Origin: Eledone cirrhosa
Lineage: Eukaryota
Assembly (NCBI GenBank): GCA_964016885.1
Contig: OZ024747.1
Span: 53,382,001 to 53,446,000 of the forward strand
DNA: 64,000 bases
Reading direction: 5' to 3'
This document shows positions 1 to 12,058 of the stretch, in pieces. Numbering within the stretch: the stretch's first letter is position 1; each line of letters opens with the position of its first letter. The translations under genes and the position numbers were made by a program. The notes beneath the pieces were generated by a model that worked only from the letters and a program-made list of their open reading frames with translations, did not search any database and was not told the origin of the DNA.

Positions 1-214
1 GTTATTTTATTTATTAACTCTAGAAAGATGAAAGGCAAAGTAGACCTTATCAGGATGTGAACTCAGAATGCAATGAACCAGAAAGATTATTGCAAGATAT
101 TTTATCTTCTGCATTCATGCTTCTGCCAATCTGTTGCCATTGAAATATTTATTTAAAGGTAGTGGCAGTGTTGGTGGTAGCATATTTGATGTGGTGGCAG
201 CAAGCACAACTTCA

Positions 215-825
215 CACCAACAGTCTCTGTTTTCCATCTATGTCCCTAGGTCTTCCTTGTCAATTCCAGTGTCTCTTGCTATGGTATTCTGATATCTGAG
301 CTTTCAGGTAGAGGAGATCTTCCACAACAAGAGGTCTGAAACCATCTTATCTTTTGCATAGAATCAGTGTCCAGCAAACTTTGTATGACGTTCAATTAGT
401 CACGTACTTACTTTTGAAATTTTTCAGTATATCTGATTAATGGGTCTGCCAAGGGATATCATGAGCTTTTCATAGAAGGTTAGTGTAACATCCATCTAAA
501 CGTCTCTGTAGGTGGGAGTGCAAGGTCCAAGTCTCAGAACCATAGAGAAAGATTGTTCTAAACAGACTGATTTTAACCCTTTAGCATTTACATTACTTTA
601 TATTTACTATTATGTTTTTGTGGTAAAAGCTTTAACTCACATAATTATCTCACATAATATCGAATCTGGAAGATTTTGATATATATTTTGAGAACATGAG
701 TAGCCAGTTATGACCGGTTTAAACAGAAAGAGGTGAGAGAATTCTGGCCAGATAATGCCGGTTTAAATGCTAAGGGGTTAAGTTTATTTGATGTATTGGA
801 TTTCCAAATGGTTGAAATATAGCTG
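215..825 (-). mobile_element. Decayed RTE-type LINE fragment (C-terminal ORF region), interrupted by a MITE
   Basis: Minus strand reads IWKSNTSNK|LKISLFRTIFLYGSETWTLHSHLQRRLDGCYTNLL across the 577-777 insertion. LYGSETWTL is typical of the RTE ORF region after the RT domain. Confidence 0.75.
577..777. mobile_element. Non-autonomous piggyBac-type MITE (201 bp) with TTAA target-site duplication
   Basis: TTAA(573-576)-CCCTTTAGCATTTA...TAAATGCTAAGGGG-TTAA(778-781). Removing it restores the RTE reading frame. A partial second copy lies at ~52666-52816. Confidence 0.85.
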
Positions 826-1021
826 AAGTGATGTGTTTTTAGTAATGATGGTAACATTAGAGTGATAATTGTGATAGTACTGTTGGTAGCATTATACCAG
901 GTGTTATTTTATGAAATATCAAATTAAAGCATAAATGTGTCTAAATAGGTTGGAAAAATATATTGTGTGTGCATGTGTGTTTATTTGTGGTTGGCTGTGT
1001 GTATGTCTGATTCTTTCTACA

Positions 1022-1066
1022 CCAGCTGAGGAAATGAATAATTGCAGAAACAGCATGATGTCCTGG
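1022..1066 (+). ncRNA. Degenerate type-I hammerhead ribozyme motif
   Basis: ccag-CTGAGGA-aatgaataattgca-GAAA-cagcatgatg-TC-ctgg. Stem I ccag/ctgg, near-palindromic stem III, GUC site. Stem II is disrupted. Confidence 0.5.
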
Positions 1067-1332
1067 ATAGTTATTGTAAGGTAAATATATGCATATTTTC
1101 TTCATATTAATATATTTCAAATTCATTCTACTTCGATATTTTGTTTTGCGCAAAGCATTAATCACAGCTTAATATACATTCTAAGTAGTTTTTTAGCATT
1201 CTTAGTGAATATATTTTGAGCAAATGAGTTAAAATATTTCTTGTCTGGTTCTTATGTGTCTTGTTATCATAGGAACCATACTTAGATATTATATTTGAAT
1301 TTATCTTAATATCAGTGAGTTTTATATCAACT

Positions 1333-2168
1333 AATAATGGTTTCTTATATAGGCACAAGACCAGCAATTCTGGGGAGGGGAAAGTTGATTAAATCGACCC
1401 CAGTGCATGACTGGTGCTTTATATTATCAACCCCGTAAGGATGAAAGGCAAAGTTAACCTCGGCAGGATTTGAACTCAGATCATAAAGGGCAGTAACTCT
1501 ATGCTGCAAATCATGGCTTCTGACCCTCTACCAATACAGCCCATTCATTGCCCTTTTTAAATCAAATAATAATTGCTTATACTTTTGGCACAAGACCAGC
1601 GATTACCCAGTCCATTACTGGTACTTTATTTTATCGACCCCGTAAGGATGAAAGGCAAAGTTAACCTCAGCGGGATTTGAACTCAGGCCATAAAGGGACA
1701 TAACTATGCTGGAAAGCATGGCGTCTGACCCTCTACCGTTACTACCAATCCCCCATTTATATCAAATAATAAATGTTTCTACATTTGGCACTAGGCCAGC
1801 AATCACCCAGTACGTTACTGGTACTTTATTTTATCGACCCTGTAAAGATGAAAGGCAAAGTTAACCTCGGCAGGATTTGAACTCAGATCGTAAGGAGACG
1901 TAACTATGGTGGAAAGCATGTCCGACCCTCTACCGATACTGCCAAATAATAATGGTTTCTTGTATAGGCACAAGGCCAGTAATTTGGAGGAAGGGGAAGT
2001 CGATTAAATTGACCCCAGTACGTGACTGGTACTTTATTTTATCGACCCCGTAAGGATGAAAGGCAAAGTTAACCTCGGCGGGATTTGAACTCAGACCATA
2101 AAGGGCCGTAACTCTTTTCTGCAAAGCATGGCGTCCAACCCTCTACCGATACTGCCAATCCACCGCCA
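1333..2168 (-). mobile_element. Cluster of four head-to-tail tRNA-derived SINE copies (family A)
   Basis: Repeated ~200 bp unit whose minus strand has B-box GAGTTCAAATCC followed by GGTTAACTTTGCCTTTCATCCTTACGGGGTCGATAAAATAAAGTACCAGT. A more decayed copy lies at 1-130. Confidence 0.85.
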
Positions 2169-2188
2169 TTATATATATGTATATAATA

Positions 2189-2773
2189 ATAAACGGAAAA
2201 AACGTGTTTACAAACACACCGAGCATTATAATAAATGTTCGGTGAATCCATACGTGCATATATATATGTGTGCATGTATGTATATATATATATGTACATA
2301 CTACTGTACGTCGGTATACATATATGTATGTACGTGTACATACTTATATTTAAGTAACAGCCGTACTAAGAGTGGGAAATGAAATATCGTTTCATTTTTT
2401 CCGTTTATCGTTTTCGGTGCACCCGGCCGATTAACCCACTCGATATGCATATTGGGCTACTCAGCCGTTAATATGCATAAGGTAAGTATATACGTTCAAC
2501 AATCTGGCAGGAAGGTATACGTTGCTGACGATAGCTAACAAGCTTGAAACTAGTACAGCGTTCCTTTGTCAGTGTTGAACAAACGAGCAACGGTGGTTGC
2601 TAGACACTACGGCTTAATACGGGATGTTTGTTTACAAACACACCGAGCATTATAATAAATGTTCGGTGAATCCATACGTGCATATATATATGTGTGCATG
2701 TATGTATATATATATATGTACATACTACTGTACGTCGGTATACATATATGTATGTACGTGTACATACTTATAT
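2189..2773 (+). mobile_element. ORF-less hammerhead-bearing element with 145-bp direct repeats (424-bp period) and a short inverted leader
   Basis: Direct repeats 2205-2349 = 2629-2773. 2189-2202 is the reverse complement of 2395-2408. Hammerhead at 2519-2561. TA-rich flanks. Confidence 0.75.
2519..2561 (+). ncRNA. Minimal type-I hammerhead ribozyme
   Basis: acgttg-CTGACGA-tagct aaca agctt-GAAA-CTAG-TA-cagcgt. Stem I acgttg/cagcgt, palindromic stem III ACTAGT, GUA site. Confidence 0.75.
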
Positions 2774-2894
2774 ATATAATAATAGTTATACTTATATATA
2801 GAATCATAAATAAGATAAGGGTAATATTGTATATTACCTGATTACCAGTAAGATAATTAGCTCAATGTAAATATCATATATACTACAGAGCAGT

Positions 2895-2980
<86 letters not shown>

Positions 2981-2989
<9 letters not shown>

Positions 2990-3137
2990 GGCTTCTACAG
3001 GACTAGAATTGTTTCATTCAAAAAAATTCATCAGGAAAGCAGATTGTCCTTGTAAAACTGTTTTACAAGGACAATCTGCTTTCATGGTGATTTCTTTTGA
3101 ATGAAACAACTCTAGTCCTGTAGAAGACATTTCTATA
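2981..3137. repeat. Fold-back palindrome (78-bp arms, 1-nt loop) abutting (TA)n
   Basis: Arms mirror about position 3059 with a few mismatches and follow the (TA)n at 2897-2984. Confidence 0.9.
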
Positions 3138-3241
3138 TTTCTATATTAAATATGATGCTTACACTCTACTAATGTATTGAGCACCTTACTGTGGTTACCT
3201 CCTGATTGAACCCAACACATGCACACACACACACAAATATA

Positions 3242-4138
3242 CGAGGTGTGTCATAAAAGTTGCAGGACTGATGTCACAAAAGATTTATTTCAAACCCAAA
3301 CTTCACACTAGAGATTTTTCTCCTTCAAAGTAATCCCCCTGGAGTATGTAACTGTAATCTTAGCTCTCTGCAGCGATCAAACATTTTTCTTCATAATTTT
3401 ATATACATGTCCTCTGTTTTAGGTCGTCAAGCTATGAACACAGAGCAACGAACAAACTTGAAGTTTCTGGTACGATTGGGGAAATCTCCGCTGCAGCAAG
3501 TGTATGGAGATGAGACGATGTCACGCTCACGTGTTTTTGAGTGGTGCAAGAGGTTTAAAGAAGGACGCGAAGACGTGGAAGATGACCCCAGGAGCAAAAG
3601 GCCCTCAACAACCAGGACTGAGGTCAACATTGAGCGCGTCAGGCAGATGGTGTGTAGCGATCGTCGGCTGACTGTTCGACTGATGGCAAATGAACTGGAC
3701 ATGAATCGGGACAGCGTCTGGAAGATTCTCACTGAAGATTTGGACATGCGGAAAGTCTGCGCGAAGATGGTGCCAAAACTGCTGAACGATGACCAGAAGG
3801 TCGACTCATGCAAGTGTGCCAGGACATCCTCGAGCATCTTGAAACCGAACCAGACTTGCTAGGGACAGTCATCACTGGTGATGAGTCATGGATCTTCGAG
3901 TAAGACCCGAAGGGGACCCGTTTTGAAGACGTGGACGACATCAAATAGGTCGTGACGACGGAACTGCGGAGGATGCCGGAAGAATCCTTCCAGGTGTGCA
4001 TGCAGGCGTGGCAGAAAAGGATGGAAAAGTGCATTAGACTCCAGGGTGATTACTTTGAAGGAGAAAACTCTTAGTGTGAAGTTTGGGTTTGAAATAAATC
4101 TTTTGTGACATCAGTCCTGCAACTTTTCTGACACACAT
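3242..4138 (+). mobile_element. Internally deleted mariner (Tc1/mariner) transposon with ~100-bp inverted termini
   Basis: TA-CGAGGTGTGTCA.. terminus. ORF has the mariner HTH region (EQRTNLKF, SRSRVFEWCKRFKEGREDVEDDPRS, RKVCAKMVPK), then frameshifted ITGDESWIFE* joined directly to C-terminal KGTRFEDVDDI..CIRLQGDYFEG. Most of the catalytic domain is missing. Confidence 0.92.
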
Positions 4139-4540
4139 ATATGACATCTATATATATATATATATATATATAGACATCTATATATTTATAGATAGATTTC
4201 TTTATTAGCCACAAGATAGATAGATAGATACACATTTAATTATGTATGTAAACTTTCTATATCTTAAATCTATTTTCTTAAATTGAAGTTAATATATATC
4301 CAGGTTTTGATATTTATTTATATATGTATATAGAGGAAGATAGATAGGTAGATAGATAGAAAATATCTGCATCATTATACACTTAAGCATGGAAATATAT
4401 CCACCGTCAAACTCCCACATAACCTTTCCCCGCCTCTTCACCTCCCTCCATTTTAAAATAACTATTTATGCTATAATTCTTTATATATTCTCATGCCTCC
4501 ATGCAGTAGATCTATGGCTACAAATATTCAATTATATACA

Positions 4541-4612
<72 letters not shown>

Positions 4613-4717
4613 ATGTGTGTGTGTGTATGTGTGTGTGTGTGTGAGAGACTTGCTAAAAATAGAAATATTAGATGGAATATATATATAGACATTTTTCCAT
4701 GTAATATTTTTATTTTT

Positions 4718-4770
<53 letters not shown>

Positions 4771-5149
4771 CACACATTTTAACTTAAGAAACAGTGGGAA
4801 AAAAATTGACAGAAAAAATTTTTAAATAGCCAACAAAAATAACCCAAACAATCAGAAACCTTAGAATATAGAATGTATATATTTAAAAATACAAAAAAAA
4901 AAAATAATAAAAAAATACTAGATCAATCAATAGACATAACAACAACAACGAGAAATCATGATTTAGAGGTTGGATGAAATAAAAATTTTATATTTATTCT
5001 AAGTTTTCAAAAGCCTTTTGAGAAAATGACTGAGTAGAGGAATTGTGTGATCTTTATATAACTAACGGCTTAGTATATCTAGGATTATACAAAAGAATGT
5101 AATACAACAAAAAGAAAAAAAATACTATTAAATCAGACATACACGCACG

Positions 5150-5305
5150 TGTACACCAGATCCGAACACAGAGGAACCAAACTCCCACTGTCATTGCCTC
5201 CATCTCTCTTGTTCTCCTCATCTCTCATGTACACCAGGTCTGAACACAGAGGAACTAAATTCCTACTGTCATCGCCTCCATCTCTCCTACTCTCCCCATC
5301 TCTCA
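5150..5305. repeat. Tandem duplication of a ~78-bp unit
   Basis: tgtacaccag.tc.gaacacagaggaac.aaa..cc.actgtcat.gcctccatctctc occurs twice in tandem. Confidence 0.8.
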
Positions 5306-5319
5306 TTATTATGAGCAAA

Positions 5320-5510
5320 TGGTGGATTGGCAGTATCGGTAGAGAGTCGGACGCCATGCTTTCCAGCATAGTTACGTCCCTTTACGGTCTGAGTTCAAAT
5401 CCCGCCATGGTTAACTTTGCCTTTCATCCTTACGGGGTCGATAAAATAAAGTACCAGTAATGTACTGGGTAATTGCTGACCTTATGCCAAAAAGTAGAGA
5501 CAATTATTAT
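5320..5510 (+). mobile_element. tRNA-derived SINE family A, full-length copy
   Basis: GGTGGATTGGCAGTATCGGTAGA (A-box-like) ... GAGTTCAAATCC (B-box) plus the same body as 1333-2168. Confidence 0.85.
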
Positions 5511-6414
5511 GAGCAAATGGTGGCCCACACGTTGACTGCCCATGGCCCCGGCAGCCAGAATAGAGAAGGCTTTCGTTGGAGGGTGGTGAGGGAGATGCAC
5601 TGGAAGAGCTATTCCAGGTCATGAGGCTCACTCCTGCAGGTAGCTAGCAATTTTCTATGCAAGCAATCGTTGGACATGTTACAGATCAAATCAGTATGGA
5701 ATCGGAGCTACTGTCCATGCAAATGGGATGGGGGCCATATCTCACTTACATAAATTCCTGCACAATGGTCTCATATATTTACCAATTATCATCACCATCA
5801 TCATCATCATTTAATATTTGTTTTCTATGTTAGCATGAGTTGGACAGGACATCTGAGACCAAGTACATACTTAATCAAAGCTACTGTCTTCTCCCTTAGT
5901 CTGGGTTTACATCTTGTTTACATACATTCCTGCATTTTATAGAATGTATTGGGTATTCTATTGTGGCACAGGCCTAGGAAGGTTGTTGTGCCATTAACAT
6001 AACTGAAAAATCCTCTCAATCCTTTGGTAAATTTTCTAGAACCTGATGCCTTTCCTAACTAACAAAAGAAAAATATCTTTCTCAAGCTTGGATGCTCATC
6101 AAGTCAGAGTTTATACTAGTTTCATGTGATGTTTGGTGACTGAAAGCACAACCACACCTGGATAGGACACCAGTTTGTCCTTTATTTTTTCGAAGGTTTT
6201 CTAAACTTTTTCAGGAAGTAATGTAGTATAAGTATTGTGTGACATTTTAATAACTAACAGCCCAAACTAAACCTATCTTTTAGTAGCAAGTCTTATTTTA
6301 GCTTAGAGGGCCATTGGACAGGAACTTATCCTAGTTTCATATGGGATTACATAACAGAACACTAACACCCCCTGGAAAGGACACCAGTTCTTCTTTATAA
6401 TTGATTAAAATATG

Positions 6415-6625
6415 TGACTTTTATATATATATATTTATCATCATCATCATTTAACATACATTTTCCCTACTAGCAAAGGTTGGGTATGTTGTCACAGAAT
6501 GTGTGCAATTTGTCATAGGGGCTATGACAAATTGCACACATTCTGTGACAACATACCCAACCCTTGCTAGTAGGGAAAATGTATGTTAAATGATGATGAT
6601 GATAAATAAATATATATAAAAGTCA
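6415..6625. repeat. Fold-back palindrome (~104-bp arms, GGG loop) containing a LINE/SINE-type (GAT)n tail
   Basis: tgacttttatat...gtcatag GGG ctatgac...atataaaagtca, with only a few mismatches. Confidence 0.9.
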
Positions 6626-6909
6626 TGAGACTGGAGTCAAAACACTGGAGAAGATATCACCTCTTGTATATGTGTGTGTACACTGGACTAATGTGTGAGT
6701 GGTTGAGCATTCCAATAGACACGTGTACACTTTATATAATTTTCAGGAAGATTCAACAGGATTCAGTGTGTGACAAGGGTGGACCTTTAAATAACTGGTA
6801 AATCTCAGTTGAGTAGACTAGAGCACAGCGGAATAGAATGTTTTACTCAAGAACAATATGTTGTATACCATGGTTACCTGGGTCTGGTGTGAATTTGAAA
6901 TGTATATTT

Positions 6910-9190
6910 TAAATAATACAGAGACCAAGAGGGAAGCTAGGTGACAAGTATACTTAGCTAGAAGGGAAGCTGAGGATAACAAATTCAAGCATCTTTTGTA
7001 GCGTGAGGACCAGAAACAGGAGGTGTTCAGGAATGCGAGGCAGAGTATTAGAAAAAATTGTGATATCATTGGAGAGAAGTGTGTCCGGGATCATAAAGGT
7101 GAGCTTGCCCTCATGAGTGCCAAGAAGAAAGCTGCATGGAAGAGCCATTATGAAAGATTACTGAATGAGGAGAATGCATGGGAGAAAGAGACTCTACCCC
7201 AAGTGGGCCCTATAAAGTGCCCAGCAATACAAGTCAGCAGCAGTGTAGTAAGTAAGGCAATTAACGATATGAAGACTGAGACAGCAACTGGTCCATCGGG
7301 TATAGCTGCCGAGATGCTAAAAGCATCTGGGTCAGTAGGTCACACCATAACCACACGTATTGTTAACCAAGTAATACTAGAGGGTGCCAAATGATTGGTG
7401 CAGCAACATCATTGTCAACTATTACAAGGGTAAAGGATATGCACTAGATAGAGGAAACTTTAGAGGTATAAAGCTGATGGACCATGTCATGAAAGTAACG
7501 GAAAGAGTTATAGCACAGCTGAATAGGGACCGGGTAAATCTAGATGAGATGCAATTTGGGTTTGTGCCAGGCAAAAAACACCACTGATGCTCTCTTCCTT
7601 GTGAGGCAGTTACAGGAAAAGTACCTAGCAAAAAATAAGCCACTCTACCTGACATTTATCGATCTGGAAAAAGCCTTCAACAGAGTGTCCCATGCTATAA
7701 TCCGGTGGGCTCTTAGAAAACTAGGAGTAGATGAATGGCTTGTGAAAGCTGTACAAGCGATGTATAGGGGAGCAGTCAGCAAAGTTAGGGTTAGCAATGA
7801 CTATAGCGAGGAATTTAGCATACAGGTTGGTTTCCACCAGGGCCCTGTTCTTAGCCCTCTCCTGTTTATTATAGTATTGCGGGCTATAACAGAGGAGTTT
7901 AAGACCGGATGCCTATGGGAACTTCTGTATGCGGATGATCTTACAATTATAGCTGAATCTATGGCGGAACTAGGGAAGAAATTCCAAACATGGAAGCAGG
8001 GCCTAGAAAGAAGGGGTCTCAAAGTCAACCTGGCAAAGACTAAGGTCCTTGTAAGTAGAAGAGAAAACAGAACCCAGATCCCCTCAGGTAAATGGCCTTG
8101 CTCAGTATGTAGGAAAGATGTAGGTAGAAATTTCATCTTCTGCCCCAAATGCAACCTATGGGTACACAAGAGATGTAGTGGGATCTCAGGAAGTCTAGCT
8201 AAGAATGTAAGCTTTATATGTAGTTGTTGCACCGAGACAGTAAGCAGAAAACAACCACAGGAAACAAACACTGAGAGAGTTCTGTAGAAACAGTAGACAG
8301 CTTCTCCTACCTAGGTGACCAAATTAGCAGTGGAAGTGGGTGTTCTGAAATTATAGTAACCAGGGTAAGAACGGGACGGAGAAGTTCAGGGAGCTACTAC
8401 CATTGCTAGCTGCAAAAGGTTTTCCCCTCAAAATGAAAGGCAGACTGTATGATGCATGCATACAAACAGCAATGTTGCATGGTAGTGAAACATAGGCGTT
8501 GTGTGCAGAAGACTTGTGTAGATTAAAAAGAAATGAAGCTCGAATGCTCCGATGGATGTGTAGTATTAATATACGCAAAAGGCAAAGCATAAACGAATTG
8601 AGAGAGAGACTAAGTATAAGAGGAATCAAATGCTGTGTGTAGGAGGGGAGATTACGTTGGTATGGAAATGTGATGACACCTGCATAAAAAAGGGCAGAGC
8701 ACTAAAAGTAGATGAAAGCCTTGGAGTGTGTGGGGTGGGGGGTGGGGGGGGGGGGGGAGAAGACCTGGAATGATGTGATAAAAGCTGATCTTGCCCAATT
8801 GCACCTCTCAAAGGTGATGACAGAGGACCTAGACCTGTGGCGTTACACAGTAATACAGAAGATCCGACTTTCCCATGGGTAAAAGCTGAAGCTGAACCAT
8901 ATAGACAGTATGCCCCAGCCCCTTCCACTGTAAAGTGGTCGTGTATGTGTCACGACAAAATAGCACCCAGCCCACACTATAAAGTGGTCGTGTAGGCACC
9001 ATTGTAAAAAGCACCCAGTCCTCACAGTAAATGTGGTTGGTGTTAGGAAGGGCATCCAGCTGTAGAAATCAAGCCAAAATCAGTTCTGTATGAGCAAGAC
9101 ATGGGCAGCTGACCTGGCATTGTCCACAACAGGACAGCCCGTCTAATCTATGTTAGCGGGGAAGAATGACCATTAAACGGTGATGATGAA
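6910..9190 (+). mobile_element. 5'-truncated, decayed RTE-clade LINE (RT + Cys-rich/PHD-like finger + 3' UTR with (GAT)n tail)
   Basis: Overlapping ORFs 7023-7394, 7384-7587 and 7544-8287 with RT motifs NFRGIKL, QFGF, FIDLEKAF, GFHQGPVLSPLLF, LLYADD. CSVC..CPKC..WVHKRC finger. Frameshifts and stops present. Ends aaacggtgatgatga. Confidence 0.95.
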
Positions 9191-9389
9191 CCCAGACCAG
9201 AGTCAAATGACCAAGGAATAACTATCATCTCTTCACATTGGTTACTTTGAACTTCCAAATATGAATGTATCCTATTAAAAGGACACCATACTTAGAAAAC
9301 TTCTAGAACTAGAATATTTTTCAACACGCTGACGCATATGTGTATATAGATTATACACACAAGTGTAGTGATGCTGTTTTCTGTAGTTT

Positions 9390-9605
9390 GTCATCACCCT
9401 TTCCTTCTTTAGTCATCTCTAATGCATGACATCATCACCCTTTCCTTTCTCAATCTTCTCTAGTGTATGACGTCATCACAACTTCCTTCCTCGGTTATCT
9501 CTAGTGTATAACTTCATCACCCTCCCTTCCTCATTTATCTCTCGTGCAGGAAGGAAGGGGTGATTATGTCATCACCCTTCCTTCCTCAATCATCTCTGGT
9601 GTGTG
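9390..9605. repeat. ~41-bp minisatellite (4-5 units), possibly inside a non-autonomous rolling-circle-type element
   Basis: Repeated tcatcaccct(t)ccttcctc..t.atctct.gtgt.tga, followed by gacggacggacagaagtg. Confidence 0.65.
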
Positions 9606-9871
9606 ACGGACGGACAGAAGTGGCTCAAATATATATATATATATATATATATATACAAAATTTAGTACAGCATCAACGAAGCTCTGGCTGCAGCCAAGCT
9701 AACGAATGCAGTCTCGGTGTGCAGCTAAGCACTCAATAGGGTATATTACCCTAGAGTTATAACATTACGTTTAAACAGCTTTGCAAATCGAATACAGCGA
9801 CCGATAGACGGGCCGCAGTGACCATAGCGACGAAAAAAACTGAACTCAGGAAAATATTTTTGACTATATAT

Positions 9872-10051
9872 ATAGGAAAATGTTTGACTCCGACGGCAGA
9901 GATCAAGCCGTTTCGACGGCTATTTCTGAATTTAGTCCAGAAATAGTCGTCGAAACGGCTTGAGCTCTGCCGTCGGGGTCAAACATTTTCCTATTACCCA
10001 CTCTACTACCCTAAGTATTGAGTACTCTGGTTCCTTACCACACCTCCTTCG

Positions 10052-10053
<2 letters not shown>
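9872..10053. mobile_element. Hairpin element family H, copy 1 (~58-bp arms plus ~60-bp unique flank) between (TA)n tracts
   Basis: ATAGGAAAATGTTT..CCGACGGCAGAG.TCAAGCCGTTTCGACGGCTATTTCTG-loop-reverse complement. Homologous to 17398, 27376 and 32754. Confidence 0.85.
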
Positions 10054-10096
<43 letters not shown>

Positions 10097-10385
10097 TGAA
10101 GGGGAAACAACTGACACTAGTGCTACTATCAATTCTACTGACCAGTTTCACCTCCAACCTTCAGACTAGATTTCATGCTAATTCTCAGGCAGTAGAATTA
10201 TATGCTGATTTACTAAATTGATGTTGAAACCATTCTGATTTACTGGAAGTTACCATTGGAAATTACCATTATATTTCAAGAGTCTGTTAACAGTTTAATT
10301 TATTTTTGCATAAGTCAAAGAGTTAATGAAAATATTCTAAAATTCCACACAATATCTTAATTGCACTTTTCTTTCATTTATACCC

Positions 10386-10466
<81 letters not shown>

Positions 10467-10489
10467 CATCATCATCACCATCATCATGA

Positions 10490-10790
10490 ACATCACCGTT
10501 TTACGTCCGTTCTTCCACGCTAGCATGCGTTAGACATGTTGCCCTGTTGTGGGCAGTGTCCGGTCGGCTGACCTTGTCTTGCCCATACGGGAACTGATTC
10601 TGGCTTGATTTCTACAGCTGGATTCCCTTCCTAACACCAACCTCATTTATAGTGAGTGCTGGGTGCTTTTTTCCCATGGCGCCTACACGTCCACTTTACA
10701 GTGTGGGCTGGGTGCTTTTTTTTTGCCGTGGCACCTCCACGACCACTTTACAGTAGAATGATAGGGACCCCAGTCCTATCATCTCATTTT
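10490..10790 (-). mobile_element. Partial SINE family B / RTE 3' tail
   Basis: Reverse complement of GGTTGGTGTTAGGAAGGG.ATCCAGCTGTAGAAATCAAGCC and the RTE 3' UTR. Confidence 0.8.
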
Positions 10791-10819
10791 TCTCTCTCTC
10801 TATATATATATATATATCC

Positions 10820-11880
10820 ATGTGTTATTGATGGACTTGGGGAAAGAGTAATAACATTGAAATAGAATTTAAATACTTAGACATAGGGGACAGGAAAATT
10901 CTAAATATCATTTATAATAGGCAATTAATTATTAATAAACGCTCTGAAATGTTTAGTTCTTGTCTTCACAGGTTTTCAAAAACGTTTCATAGAGGTTTCA
11001 GCTAAACATAATAAAAAAATTAACTAAGTAATATTTCTTGATATAAATTTTTAAGCAATTTTATTATGTTTAAATAGAAAATAAAGACGAATAGACAAAA
11101 TTAGTAAACTAATATCTTTTTCATTAAAACTTTTTCCTCTACTTTATCTTTAGTTAGTATATAAGTAAATTAAATTTAATATATATTGATAAACTAGGCT
11201 ATAATACATACATCTTTTCTTTTAATAATAGTTACGCCAATAATTTATATTTTCCTCTATTCGTATAATACCTACTTAAATATAATTGAAAGGATAAATT
11301 AGGCCACAGTAATTGCGTCTCTTCTTTTGAACGAAATGATTTATATCATAGCATTATAATCAAATCAGTTATATAAAAAAAGCCAGACCAATTGTTAAAT
11401 ATTTTCCCACTTATATAATACCAATTTAAATTTACCTTTGAATTTTGTAATCCTAATTTTTCTTCTTTATATTTACAATATTACTTCAGCATCTTCGAAT
11501 ATTTTTTCTTTGGTATAATATATATATTTTTTGGTATAGTATCTATAGTAACATATAAACTGACTAACGGTCTATATCTATTTATTTTTTTTATCAATCT
11601 AATTACGTTATATTTTAAATAATTTCAAACCCGTTAAGTCCAACTGTATTTTTCTCCCACTCACGTAACATCCATCTCCTGTGTTGGTGTTTTTGATCAT
11701 ATGCCGATCTGTCCAGTTCATTTGACCGCCAATATATCAAAAGAATTTCCTATGCATTTCCTATGCATTTTGTCTGACGAGAACATGTTTTGGATTATGT
11801 TATACATAACCCTTGCATTTTCGAAATATGTATAATAAAGTAAATAAAGATGATTTAAAGTAACTATCTTTCATTTATCA
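10820..11880 (+). mobile_element. Penelope-like element 3' remnant: GIY-YIG endonuclease C-terminal fragment plus hammerhead-containing 3' UTR
   Basis: 10832-11005 reads WTWGKSNNIEIEFKYL...LIINKRSEMFSSCLHRF, resembling the LNKRSE.xxCRH end of PLE endonucleases (recalled motif). Same-strand hammerhead at 11768-11840, AATAAA motifs, TA flanks. Confidence 0.6.
11768..11840 (+). ncRNA. Type-I hammerhead ribozyme
   Basis: ttttgt-CTGACGA-gaacatg...cattttc-GAAA-TATGTA-TA-ataaag. Confidence 0.7.
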
Positions 11881-12058
11881 TTATATATATATATATTTTT
11901 ATTTTTATTTTCATTTTAATCCTTTAACCTTTATATGTAAATTGCCATGCTATATCATTATGATGGATGTCAACACACTGTGGGTCAATATATGCATATG
12001 TTTTTATATGTCTCTTGTGTTGAAAAGGAGGTCAAGTATGTTATAGATCACTAAATAG

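Noticed and set aside
3001-3040. CTGATGA..GAAA on the minus strand in the 2981-3137 palindrome
   Set aside because: Core and a short stem II are present, but I could not form stems I and III. At best a decayed motif, so not called.
3732-3760. CTGAAGA..GAAA hammerhead-like core
   Set aside because: It lies within mariner coding sequence and has no supporting stems. Likely chance.
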